A DNA stretch of 63,719 nucleotides, the filler included, from Reticulomyxa filosa (lineage: Eukaryota; Protista; Foraminifera), in assembly GCA_000512085.1 (NCBI GenBank). It is 21 parts of 21 records of this genome, joined end to end, with 100 filler letters (N's around TTAATTAATTAA, not from the genome) between each part and the next. Parts side by side here need not be neighbours in the genome. Positions count along the whole stretch, not along the records: positions 38,536 to 42,912 come from ASPP01005316.1; positions 43,013 to 44,429 come from ASPP01008297.1; positions 44,530 to 46,167 come from ASPP01044404.1; positions 46,268 to 53,635 come from ASPP01011854.1; 17 more parts are not named here. One strand, written 5' to 3'. The notes under the pieces were generated by a model that was not told the DNA's origin, made no database searches, and saw nothing but the letters and a program-made list of their open reading frames with translations. Positions 39,708 to 52,254 of the stretch are shown one piece after another (the first letter of the stretch is position 1; each line of letters begins with the position of its first letter). Both the position numbers and the translations under genes were made by a program.

Positions 39708-40287
39708 ATGTGTCAAGTTTTTTTATTGGCATGCTTTAAAAAAACAGAGCAAATAAAAACTTTAGTGCGAAAAGTAAGAGCGGTAGCTGACTAATCTTGG
39801 GAAAACAAAAAACATTGACCAGATCAAGATTGTGAGATTTGGTATCTTTTTGTCGTTGATTTTTTGGTCCGACAATTTGTTTTTGGTAATTATGGATTTT
39901 GATTCTCATTGACTTTTGCTGCCTCTTACTTTTTTTATCTTGCAGCTTACAAAAATTAAAATGCTAAGCTGATGATGCGCAACATATTCAGTCTAGCAAT
40001 TAGTCCAATTTTGTTTGGAATAATCCCTTTTTCCAAAATTAAAAGGAAAAATCACAAACTTCGCCAACTTCATATTTATTTTAAATCTGTGCAAACATAT
40101 TCACAAAAAACTCAGCTTTTTAAAAAAAAAAAAAGAAATTGATCAATACTTTTGATTTTGAAAGCATTTTCTGAAAACTTTTTTTGTTTTAGCATTTGAC
40201 GTCTTTCAGTTTCAGAGTGCCCTGTAAGAGAGGGGCAAACAGAGTAAAAAAGATTGAGTAAAGAACTCAGGTTATTTTGGCGGCAGC

Positions 40288-41830
40288 ATGAAATTTTCGT
40301 TAATGTTGGCAGCAATACACGTATTAGTTGTATCGATTGCGAATGCATTCAGTTCAAGCAAAAACGTGACGAACGGACAAACGTACTCAAGTCACTACAA
40401 CAATATTTGCACATTTGCAATATCATTGAATACATTGATCAGCTACTATATTAACTACGTGTGGACACAATGTCTACCAAGTTACAATTTGACAATCTTA
40501 TCGTGTGTGCAAATTTTCAATAAGGGGTTGATGGTATTAGAAAACGAAAGTATACGTTTTCCACCGAGCACATTGTTGATCAATTCAAAGTTTTGCGATA
40601 ATAATTCATATATCAAAACGGCTATTGATATGTTCAAAACAACTTCTGGTACATCTTCGACTTTTTTCAAATTCACATTCAAAGCAATATCATACAGGTA
40701 AATAAAGATCAAATGAAAAAAAAACATGTCCATAAAAAAAAAGATGGTGTGGAGAATGGATTGCATATTTGATTGATTTGGTTTAAAAAAATTTTTAAAA
40801 AAACCAAAAATAGTATTGTATTGGCAGCTAGAGATGTCGAAGTGATTTTAAGAACGCTGCCGTCAAATGGTGAGTATGTATTGAGTCAACAATCAGAACT
40901 GATCATAGGATTGAAGACATCATATGTGATCAACCATTACATACACAACGTCGACTTGAACACAGGACTCAAAGATCAACACCAATGTCAAATTTGCTTT
41001 TCAGGCGTCTCAATGTCCAGTGCAAATAATATTCAAATTCAAATTCGTGCAAAGTCGGACGTCAAATCAGAAATACCATCGACACCCACAACTTCGAAGG
41101 CAATTCTGCAATGTTAAGTCTTTTTATTCTTTTTTTTTAAAAACAAACAAACAAATAAAAATTGTATAGATCAAATGATAGCGCATGGAAACTTGATGCG
41201 AGTATGCGATTATCTGTAAGTGTACGTGGGCAACGACGATGACTTTAACACATTTCTTGGCCGGCTGCAATTGCTGGTACAAAGTGTGATTGAAAGTCCA
41301 TCGTCAGCGCCCAATTATTGAGCTCATGTCTTTGAAATGATTAAAGCGCTATTGGCGCAAATGTGATGAGTGGAGCATAACGTATCTGACAAATAAGTCA
41401 GTCGTGATGACCATCATCTTTGTGCAAAGAAGCGCTACTTCTACAAAGGTGTGGCCATCAATTACACTTCACAGTCAACGCAATCTCCGCACTCAAGACA
41501 AAATTTCTCAACACATTGCCACTACTCCTCCAATCATTGACAATATCTTCCAGTCATTGCCACTAATCCTTCAAATATTGCAATTAGTGCTCCAAACATT
41601 GTAAATAATCCTCCAAATATTGTGCAAACGTTTACGATATCATATGGCATTGCAAAGTTAACGTTATTTTTTTTGTTGTTGCAATAATATTAAACTTTGT
41701 TTGTTGTGACTTGTATATAAAAATACGTAGAACAATGTGGCCAAATTGTTGTTGAATTGGAGTGGTATCAGAGAATAAATGGCAATCTGTGATTGTTGCA
41801 TTGCAAGACTGGACGCCATAGAAAGTAAAT
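40288..41830 (+). CDS. Signal-peptide-bearing multi-exon hypothetical protein, possibly decayed
   Basis: MKFSLMLAAIHVLVVSIANA signal peptide and GT-AG introns (about 40698-40813, 41113-41169). Downstream frames are interrupted. Confidence 0.35.
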
Positions 41831-43308
41831 CTTTATTTTCGTTGTGTCTACCTTAAGATATATATATTATGTGTTTAAAATAGAACATCACATTGTGATT
41901 AGAAAAAAAAGGATATGGGGTAGAAACCACCCCTGTCTCCGAAAGTAGAACACCAGGTTTGTTTTCTCTTTTTTTTTGGACATATTTAAATATTGTGCTT
42001 ATATTATAGGTTCCCCCGCTGACAAAGATCGTTCCAGTATAGTTCCCCCCATCTTCACACAAAAAAAATAAAAAATGAAAAGGGATAGAAAAAAAAAGGA
42101 TATATAAAAAAGAAAAAAGAAAGAAAAAGAAAATGGAAAAAAAGAAAAAAGAAAATATAAAAAAGAGAAAAAAAGATAATTAAAATTTTTTTGGAAAGAA
42201 TGGTTGGATCCAGTTCGTGGATAGCAAAGTTAATGATATCCTTTTTTTGTTTATATTTGTTTAAAAATATGTCTTAATCAAAACAATGTGGACATGGACA
42301 AAATGTTAAAATTGTATTATACTGTTGTCAAGTAAGATTGTCAGGAAATGATTAACATCATTGATTCGAATACTTTTGAAAGAAGATTGAAGTTAAGAAC
42401 AATTGATTATTTGTACCTTTCTTTCTAGACAATTTGAATTAATTTATTATTTATTATTTTTGTTTTTACAACAGCTAGAACATGATAAGCCACAAACAGT
42501 GAAGATAACGGAACCACAAATGAATAAGAAGAATGAAAAGACAAGCACAAAAATGATGAAGCAAATACTGCAGTCTTCGTGATAGTGGAAAGCGTCACAA
42601 AAATTATAATGAAAATTTGTTTGCAAATGATGTCCAGAAGATAATAATATAGCAACCCTTCTATGATAAACAATATCAATTACAGCGAATAATATCAATG
42701 AAAAAGACACAGTAAGAGATTGAACGGGGAAACAATATCGTGAATATCATTTACACAAATTGGTTGATCTTTTCCAAGGCGACATTCGAATTAAGAAAGT
42801 GATTGTCTGTCATTTGTTGCTCTGGTTTCCACTTCTGAAATTGATTGAATCGCAACAACTGATCTTCGTTTGACGAACTACCTATTCCTGGGACACAGCA
42901 TTTTACATTCAANNNNNNNNNNNNNNNNNNNNNNNNNNNNNNNNNNNNNNNNNNNNTTAATTAATTAANNNNNNNNNNNNNNNNNNNNNNNNNNNNNNNN
43001 NNNNNNNNNNNNTTGATCTTTTTGATTTGTGCTCATGTGCTTTTTTTCAAATTTAGAACCCTTTTCAACTGGACCATGTTTTATTTCTTGCAATCCCTCT
43101 ATCTTCTCCACCTGCTTTTTTTGTACAGTATTCACGCATTCTTTTAGATTACTCAATTGCTTGTAAATAAAAACTGATCTACAACAGTAATACATTTATA
43201 TCGAATTTGTGCCCGCTGTAGCCAGTACAATATATAATAGTTTTTTAAATTATGTCTCGATTTTTTACTATTATTAAAAATGGTATTTCATATACGCTCG
43301 AGATATTT

Positions 43309-43500
43309 TAGGGCAAGCCCCTACTGTGTGATTAAAACTAAACAAACGGAGCTCCCAGTTGCTAAACTTCTAACAAACAAGTCTTCTTTTTTTGGTTTTG
43401 TTATTTCCTTTGTTTTTGTGAAATATCTTTATTTAACTAGTTCGTCTTACTGAAATTTGTTTTGGAACGTTTCCTTTCATATTACGCTTAGTCGCGGTCA
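43309..43500 (+). repeat. Dispersed diverged repeat block with a TAGGG-N5-CCCTA hairpin, copy A
   Basis: TAGGGCAAGCCCCTA and TTACTGAA..TTTTGGA..TTCCTTTC..ATTAC..TTAGTCG match the reverse complement of 54609-54781. Confidence 0.6.
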
Positions 43501-44270
43501 CGCGCTGCAGAGTGGTCTGAAGCTTAAGAACATGACACTGAAACTAATATAAAAAAGGAAAAATGATGTAGCTTTCATTCGCATTGGTATTAGTATAGAA
43601 AAAGAAACTTCAGTTGACAAAAGAAATATGCTAATAGCACATAAAAAGTATTGTTCACGATATATTGAATGATTAATTTGTTTTTTTCTATTCACATGCA
43701 TTAGCACAACATCACAGCTCAAAAAGAATATTAACTTAATTAAAGAAAAGCTATAGTCAGTGGTGTGAAAATAATTGAAAATTTTGTTGATAGCAGTATT
43801 TATAACTTGAAATGTTCATTTTAAATAAGACATAATACAATGATTAATATTTAAATTATTAATTCGCACGAAAGTACTTTTGTGCAAACATCGAACTTTC
43901 TGTAGATGATGTAGCATTATGTTTTTGAATCAATAAAAATTTTAAGCTAAGTTAAAAAACTAACTCAATTTGTGAATGAAAATAAATTTTAGAAGCTGTA
44001 TTTTTTGTTAATAACAGTGTTTGATAGCAGCAAGACAGGTTTCAGTAATGTACGTATAATGTATAATTTGTTATTGCAGCTATTATATTTACTGATAAAT
44101 CAAAGAGTTTTGCATATAGATAAGATATTTTCCATCTGTGAAAAAAAGATCGATTTAAAACACTTTTGTTAACGTATTTTCTCTTGTTGAATTTTGGTGT
44201 TAAGCTTTCTTATTTTTAGATTAAAAAATTGATGAATTTTAAACATTTACAAAAATCAAAACTATTTATA

Positions 44271-44429
44271 CAGTAAGTTGCAAAGAAAACTGAACGCATA
44301 AAACATATATTATGATGATAATTGATTTTCTCAATGAAAAATCAACATTCAGACCTAATTTTTTTTAAAAAAATATCTGCAAGTCTTGTAGTTTTTAAAT
44401 ATGAAATTGATTTTTTAATAACTTTTTTT
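44271..44429 (+). mobile_element. Tc1/mariner-type terminus, copy 3
   Basis: TA|CAGTAAGTTGCAAAGAAAACTGAACGCATAAAACATAT... matches the reverse complement of about 4290-4451. Confidence 0.75.
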
Positions 44430-45596
44430 NNNNNNNNNNNNNNNNNNNNNNNNNNNNNNNNNNNNNNNNNNNNTTAATTAATTAANNNNNNNNNNNNNNN
44501 NNNNNNNNNNNNNNNNNNNNNNNNNNNNNTATCTGATTTGAGTACATACATAGATTGTATATTGATCCATCCATAATAATAAGAATTGAATATCCTTTTG
44601 ATAGCATTGATAACCATCATTTGCTTTTTTTTGAAGCGCGAGTGCTTTAAATCGATTCTTCATATTCAATAAAACATTATTAAAATCAACATATTTTAAC
44701 TGACATTTGCGCTGTGAATTGTTGTGTAAACCAGTGATACTGATTCAACAATATTTAACTTTTTTGTGATAACGTAAGATGTTATGTAATACATGCAAAC
44801 ATATATTTTTCAATATTTCAAATTCACAATCTAGTGTAAGCCTATATGACAAAACATATATGTATATTTTTTTTTTGTAATAAATATGCTCAAAGAAATT
44901 TTAATCTTTTAATGTCTTTGATACAATAAATTGGCTTCAATTTGAAAAATGCATCAAAATAAATTTGTCTACATTCGTTCCATGTTTTTATAACTGTTGA
45001 ATTATCGATATATTCGTTACATTTTCCACTAGTTTCATTAAACCTTTTTGCTGTTGGTTAGATATTCTGTAATTTTTTTAAATAAATCTATAATTCATAA
45101 TGCATATTTTATGGTCTTAGTTAACTTATTCTTGTCAATGTCTTCATTGCAGTACTTCCACGCAGTGGAAACAATTTTCTTTTTAATATTGGCAAAAGAC
45201 TGTTGGAGTCGTTTCATCTGTTTTGTCATTGTTAATGTCTTTTTCTCTATATATTCCTGCTTAAAAAATGGCATTACTTTGTTTTAACTTCCTTGTTGGC
45301 TCTGATTTCAATCCCTTGGTTTTTAACGCGTAAATTTAAAAATGGATCTAGGCCCTTATTTCCTTTTAGTGTTAAATAAAAAATGTATTTCGTAAAATTT
45401 GCAAGAAATAATGGGAAAAAAGCAAATAAATATTTTTTATTAATAAAAATGTATTTCGAATTTTTTTTTGAAATAGATATAAAATTTGCACATACAATTT
45501 TTAGTCAGATTTTAAGAAATATTATTTATATTATTTTGAATAAATAATTTGTAAATCACATTTAAGTTTATTATTATTATTCTTTTAATTAAATTA

Positions 45597-46167
45597 TTAG
45601 ATGAAAGATTTAAATAACATATATAAAAATAATTGTTGAAAATTTTTACCCCTTGGATAAAAAAAGTTAAAATATAATGTAAACGATTCGTTGCTTCCTC
45701 CTATTATATATATATAATTTTTATTTAATAATGCGATTGAATCAGCTAAACATAACGGCAATTCTTGATTCATTTTTGTCCAAATTTTTTCATTTATGAT
45801 ATATTTATAAATTAATCTGGAAATGCTAATATTTACGTTAATATCCACATGATACCCACCAAATAGGAAAATATAATTATTAAAATGCAAATATGCATAT
45901 TTATTATATTTTTTAATATTATCACAAATAGGTAAATCAAAAAATTCAAATGCATTTTTTTCTTCATCATATTTTATTAATAATCCTATTTTTTCACAAA
46001 ATAAAATCATATCATTTTCACTTTCTTGTTTTAATACAAAACAATGATAACAAATTGTCTCAATAATAGGTAAACAATAGTGTTTAATAAATTTAAATTG
46101 ATTTAAATCAAATACGCTAATATTATTACTTAAATAAGTAATAAATAATAAATTTTTATTTTTTCCA
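45597..46167 (-). CDS. Kelch-type beta-propeller family protein fragment
   Basis: YHCFVL...MILFCEKIGLLIKYDE...YIFLFGGY...IYKY...W...LP...YIYIIGG is the Kelch GG-Y-W pattern. Confidence 0.7.
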
Positions 46168-46267
46168 NNNNNNNNNNNNNNNNNNNNNNNNNNNNNNNNN
46201 NNNNNNNNNNNTTAATTAATTAANNNNNNNNNNNNNNNNNNNNNNNNNNNNNNNNNNNNNNNNNNNN

Positions 46268-46303
<36 letters not shown>

Positions 46304-46394
46304 AATAAACAAAAAATTTGACCATATTTTGTTTGTTTAATCAAATAAAAAAATAAGGTACGCATAATATAAATAGAAAAGAGAAATACACACA

Positions 46395-47310
46395 TAACCA
46401 TGAGATCTTGTGACGGACAGCCGTTTTTTATCGTGTCTCGGATGCGGAGAGTTTTGTGTTGTTTTACTTTTGCTATGACTACGAGGACCAGTTTTTTTAC
46501 TGATGCGATCAAGTTCGTTGCCTTTGAAGGTGCAACTTCGGCTGCGGGTCAGGGGTCGTTCTTCCAAAAATGATCGTTTCCGATTCTGCGGAGGTTCTTC
46601 ATATTTTATACCTTCGTAATTGGATCTTCCAATCTCTAAGGGTCCTTCCTTTTTTTTTTTTTTATTCTTTATTTTCAGTGCAAACAACAACATAACAAAA
46701 TTCTCCCTTTCTCTTTCTTTTTTATACCTTATGTGGCACAACGCGCTCCCAAGTACCTTTTCTATAGGCCAAACAATAATAATAATTTTTTAAATAGACA
46801 AATTATAAATCAATAAATAAACAAACAAAAAACAAATAAATAAGAAACTTGGCAAGGACACCACGACTGACACTCATTGGCGAGAGTGGCCTATCTTCCA
46901 AAAACGAATTATTTTGCTGACCGTGCAAAGAGGTTTGCAATTCTGGATTGTCGTCATCAATACCTTTATACTCTGTATTTCTGGAAATTTCTCGCGGGCC
47001 TGGCTTTCGTTCGGCGCTTCGGCTGCGGGTGAATGACGGTTGCTTTTGAAGGAAACAAGACAATTTTGGCTTGTACACTTCTTCCATTATATTTCCATAC
47101 GCGTTTGTAAGAGAAAGATGTTTGTTGTGATTGTTCAGACGACAACGAATCCTTTGGATTCGTACAAATAATCCATTATTCCCTTGTTTATTTTCACAAA
47201 CAAAATATTCATGACCGTCGACTGAGCCCTTGTTTTTCCCCACGCCTTTGGTCAATTCTATTCCGTACCATGTTCCTTCAGCAAATTTTACCTTTATATT
47301 TATGGGCTCT
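46395..47310 (-). CDS. CAP-Gly domain protein, multi-exon
   Basis: VKFAEGTWYGIELTKGVGKNKGSVDGHEYFVC...GLFVR, followed by repeated Y.GI....P...SFLE.RPL motifs in two exons. Confidence 0.85.
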
Positions 47311-48758
47311 GTGCTTTTTACTGAAGTAAGCGGCAAAAAAAAAAATTTACAAGCAACTTGCCTCTCCAATATACCGGATGATACCCTCAGAAGCATCACC
47401 TCTTAATTCTATTTTATCACCAACTACATATTCACTCATTTCAATTTTTTTCAAAATAAAACCATTCCCGTTTGACCAAAAAACTTAAACTACTCTTGTT
47501 TGACCAACAAATTTGCAAAAAAAGTAGTTAATTCATCCAAAAACATTTCTTTTTAGCGTTGAAGTTCATAAAAGACTTCAACAAAGATCAATATGTACAA
47601 TAAACTGTGTAGCAGCAGATTCATGTGTCAGCTCCGAGTAACATCCAACTTTAGTGTTATTCTGAACATGATCATTTGGAAATTCAATTTTACACAATTA
47701 AATTTTATTTTTTTAACACTTGTAACAAAAAGGGTTGAAGGACGAACTTTATCACCTTTTTTGGGGCCGGAAGTGGAGTAAGCACGTAGACTAACGTGTT
47801 TGGGAAACAAGTTAGTTGCTTCCACCAGAACATACAAAATATTTACAATCGAAAATTGATCAAAACTGCTGGCAATATTGTAACATTTTTTGAAGAAATT
47901 TTTTGGAATGATTCAAACAAACGACAGTCTCGGAAATAGTTGTCCTTGGCAGCTTTTTTTTTTAGAGTTTACTATGTATTACTGGAACGTCACAGTCCAG
48001 CATTTCTTTGGGCAATACATTTGTATTGCAATGGTCAAAGTTTTTATTGTTAAAAATCATGGCGCTATCACACAGTTGCTGGTCGAGCACAACCATCATC
48101 ATGAAAATCACCACAGTTCTTTTTTTGTGTATTTTCTTAAGTGATAAAATGATGTAGATTTTTTTTTATCTTAGGGATAATATCTCAAAAATATATTGAT
48201 GATACTTTTGGCATTTCTTAAAGCTAGTGTTGATTTATTAGTTTTGCCAAAGATAGCTTATTGACCACTTCATGACTTAAATCACAGCATCTTGTATATG
48301 TATAAATCCTTTTGATTGTTTGCGCGATTGTTCAGATCCTTTCTTAACGTTATGCATTTACTTCTTTGCTTTTTCATGTCTTATATCATTCTTATTCTAA
48401 ATATTTTCTGTTGTTTAGTCTTTTAAATTTAATTTTGCAATATAACTATTGAAAAATTGGCGAACAAATACGCTGCATTATTATTTACACTTGATGTAAA
48501 GATTATTTAGATTGATACTATGTAACTTAGAAAAAAAGTCTTTCTATACAATACTTTTTTGTAAATATGTATTTCACATTTTTTCAAAAGTGTAATTTAT
48601 GTATACTAATTGTTTTAATATTAAAAAAACATATTACGCTTTTAGAAGTTACTAGAGTTAGAACTCTAATTCCACTGTTTCGGTGAATGAAACTTCACCA
48701 ACGTCATAAGAATGAAACCATTGCTACTAACTAACCGAAGTTTTGAAAAAACTAAAAT

Positions 48759-49435
48759 CATGACAAATAAAAAAATAAAAAAAATGGAACCAAACCCCTT
48801 TTGAGAGTCTTTTTGGTTTTGATATTTTGTCTTCACGTTTTCAACAACCTTGACATTGCCTTTTTTTGCATTCTTTATTGAAATTAAAGGTTATCCTTTA
48901 AATTTGAACGTACTCTTGTTTTTTGTGTTCGATGGAGCAACATTTTTTGGTTCGCTTGGTCCTATAAAGAAACGTTTCTTCAAAGAGGAGGACCAATGCG
49001 AAGAACAAACCACTTTGTTAAATAACGGGTTAATACCTGTTAACCCTCAAGTCTTTTTTTTTATCGTTTGAGACTCGCATAGGAAATCATGTTTGTTACA
49101 TAATGAAGGCAATATATTTACTTAGAATCTTACTGCAAAAAATTACTTGATTTCGTTATTATTAGCCTTTCATTTGTCAGAGAAGACTGTTTCTCAATTG
49201 GAGGAACACAAGCTAACACTCAAACAAGGAAAATGTTTTTTTGACATGTTTTCAAAAAATAAACCACTTTTATTAAAATAATAAAAAAATGTTTTTTCAA
49301 TTAAATAATGATTAAATAAACCAGTCATTGTGATATTTATATGTTTTATCAAATCAAAATTATATCAAAAAATCAAGTAAATCAACAAGTCACAAGGGGA
49401 ACGTAGTTCCATTTTTTTATTTTTTATCTATCATG
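48759..49435. mobile_element. About 680-bp non-coding unit bounded by imperfect terminal inverted repeats (MITE-like)
   Basis: Left end CATGACAAATAAAAAAATAAAAAAAATGGAACCAAACCCCTTTTGA versus reverse complement of the right end CATGATAGATAAAAAATAAAAAAATGGAACTACGTTCCCCTTGTGA. No clear TSD. Confidence 0.5.
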
Positions 49436-50429
49436 GAGCTGCACACAAAGTAAGCAAAGAGATGATGAAGTAAATATTTACAGTTTTAGAATTGGAAGCA
49501 ATTGTGAAAGTGTATGTATTGTTTTTATCAAGTTTGATCTTAGTATATTAAATAAAAAAATATTAAATATTATATATTCATTTTTATAATGTAAGCTCCA
49601 TTATCACTTGTCAATTAAATTTCAAAGATAGAGATTTTCTTGCTAAACAGCAGCAAGAATACAATCAAAACAATTCAGCACATTTGAAGATATATTAGTG
49701 ATGTTAAAGCAAACTCACTTTATGTACAATTTATAATTATACAAAAACATGTTAACTTAAACACATGATAATTTAGCTGCAAAAACTTACAGCATTTTCA
49801 GAATAAAAGAAACCAAAGGATAAAAAACAAAAATGATTCAACACTTGAAAAAGGTGTTGGAGAGAAAGAAATAACAGCAAATATCTTATAGGGATTCGCA
49901 ACAAAAAAACCAAACAGATTGAAAATGCATATAAAAGAAAAGCATCATTTGGTAAAAAAGAGTCGTTGCAATATTTACAACGAAGCACTTAGCAATATCA
50001 TAATTTTTTCTCATTATACAGTTATATATGACTTTGCTTGGATTTTATAAAAACGATTCGGTTCCACAACGAAACAATGATAATTTATTTTTTAATTTAT
50101 ATTATCACTATTATGGTGACCTTTACCATGCATATTTTAATTGCAATTGGCTGGGATGAAATAATACTACTTATTTCACTATTAGATCAACTAATGATCG
50201 GATGTATAGCATTTCCAGTACAAAAATTCAACTTAATTATCAACATACATTCGAATCTGTAACATATTTTAATATATTAATTGTACGTAAGCATATGTAC
50301 TTTTTAAAAATAATTACTTAGGATACGTAATTTTTTTCATTTTTGGGGATTTTATCTTTTCGCTACTGTATTTTTTGTACAAGTGAAAAAACAACCCAGT
50401 TTTATTCAAGCAAATAAAAAAAATTTCTC

Positions 50430-50552
50430 AATTAAATATTGATTAGAAAACCAATAATTGCGTTATTCATCCGTTTTGTTAAATCAAAATCATAACAAAA
50501 AATCAATTAAGACAAAAAGTTACAAGGGGGAACGTGGTTCCATTTTTTTATC
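50430..50552 (+). repeat. Diverged direct copy of 49300-49420
   Basis: AAATCAAAAT..AAAAAATCAA..ACAAGGGGGAACGTGGTTCCATTTTTTTAT. Confidence 0.7.
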
Positions 50553-51609
50553 TTCGTATTTGTAATGTTTTCTCTTGACAAGCAAACTACAAGCTTTGCT
50601 AGCGTCTTGTTCACATATCTGATATCTATTTTCTTCAAGTATTCTTTTGTCTAAAGGTCTTTTAAAAAATAACTAAAGTAATCAAGTAGACCAAATAACA
50701 AATTGTATACACTTTTTTGTTTTTCTCCAATAATGATCTTAATTTAAAAATTAAGATTTTGTCAATACTGACAAATACAATTATCATTTGTAAAGTAAAA
50801 AGTTAATTTATATGTTTTGTGAAAACAAGAATAAATAATTAATGATTAGATAGAAAATGCAGTCATTTTTTCTTAAAGGATAAGAAAATTTTTATAATAT
50901 AAAATATTTAATTTGATCATATCTGACAAAAAAATGAAATGTATTTTTTCAATTGTCTTCATAATTTTTCAATTAGTTTGTGATTACAGTACAACATTTT
51001 TTGTTGTCAGTGTTGTAATATTTTTGAACTGTGTCAGCTACAATGTAACTTCTATCTTACATCATAATGGCTAACTACTCGTGTTTCAGCAAGTTTGCTT
51101 CTCCGATTTTTTTCAAATTAAAAAATGAATGCCATTGTGAATACAATTGCACAATATTGACAAAAATTACACATTTACTATGATCGGGCAGTCTTGTGTT
51201 TTTATCAATTCTAATTGATGATTACTTTCATCCTTTTTTTCAGCTGACAAAAAAGAATTAAAAAAGGACAGTGAATTACATGTTTGCGTTATTGCTAATG
51301 ACTATTTTCTTTTGCATGTTATAGCCGAAATTGAGCAAGAAAAGCGTACTGTTCTGTGGAATCGAATTATCATAACTCAGTGATGTCTCAACTATCATCA
51401 AATACTATTTACTATTGAATAATTTGTTGCCAATGTCAATAATTTTCTTTTCATATGCGCTTTCTTTTCCATTGTCTTTACGTTTACGTTTAATTAATTA
51501 TTAGAAGTTATAACGTTCTATCGTATTTTAGGTGCATCAATGTTCAAAGAATGAAGTTTTTGCCAGTTATTGACCGAAGTTTTAAGCTAAGTGCGACAAT
51601 GTCAAACAA

Positions 51610-51830
51610 GAAAATAAAAAAAATTGAACTACGTTTCCCTCTGTAACACACTGTTTTGATTAATTTGACATAAAATTGATTTGTAAAACAACTCGACAAT
51701 GCAACAGCAGACACTTGATAATTAATTTTTAAAAATTTTTTCATTTATTTTAATAAAAGTGGTTTATTTTTTAAAAACATGTTCAAAAATTGAAAATTAG
51801 TAATTCTGTATGAATATTAAATATTCTTCG
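51610..51830 (-). repeat. Inverted copy of the 49240-49430 repeat end
   Basis: AAAATAAAAAAAATTGAACTACGTTTCCCTCTGTAAC and TTTTAATAAAAGTGGTTTATTTTTTAAAAACATGT match the reverse complement of 49390-49430 and 49244-49280. Confidence 0.7.
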
Positions 51831-52254
51831 CATTTTTATAAAAAATAGTTTATATTTCATTTGTCTGGTGCTGACAATATTATAAAATTTTGTATTTCAA
51901 AGGAATTTTTTTGACATTTGTTTTTCAATTATCAATTTGATAATACGTTTTTGAGAAGAAATTAAGGAACTCATAGCACAAACTCAGCCATTTTGGAAAT
52001 TGTTGAATGTTACAAAGATAGTATTTCGTGGAGAAAAATAAAGTTAATATTTTTCCCTTCATTGATATTAAATTGGGAAGTTCACAAATTATTTTTTGTG
52101 GACGACAGCCATCACAAATTTTTGGCATATCCACCTGAGCTAAGCACAAACAGAACAAAGGTGGCGGGTACGAAGAAACAAAACAAAAAAAAGAACAAAA
52201 CACTGTTGAAGCAACGATAATCTTATTGACAAAAGTGTAAGCAATATCTCTATG

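Noticed and set aside
50985-50995. Another TA-CAGT as a transposon end
   Set aside because: The downstream sequence does not match the TIR family and no inverted partner is visible.
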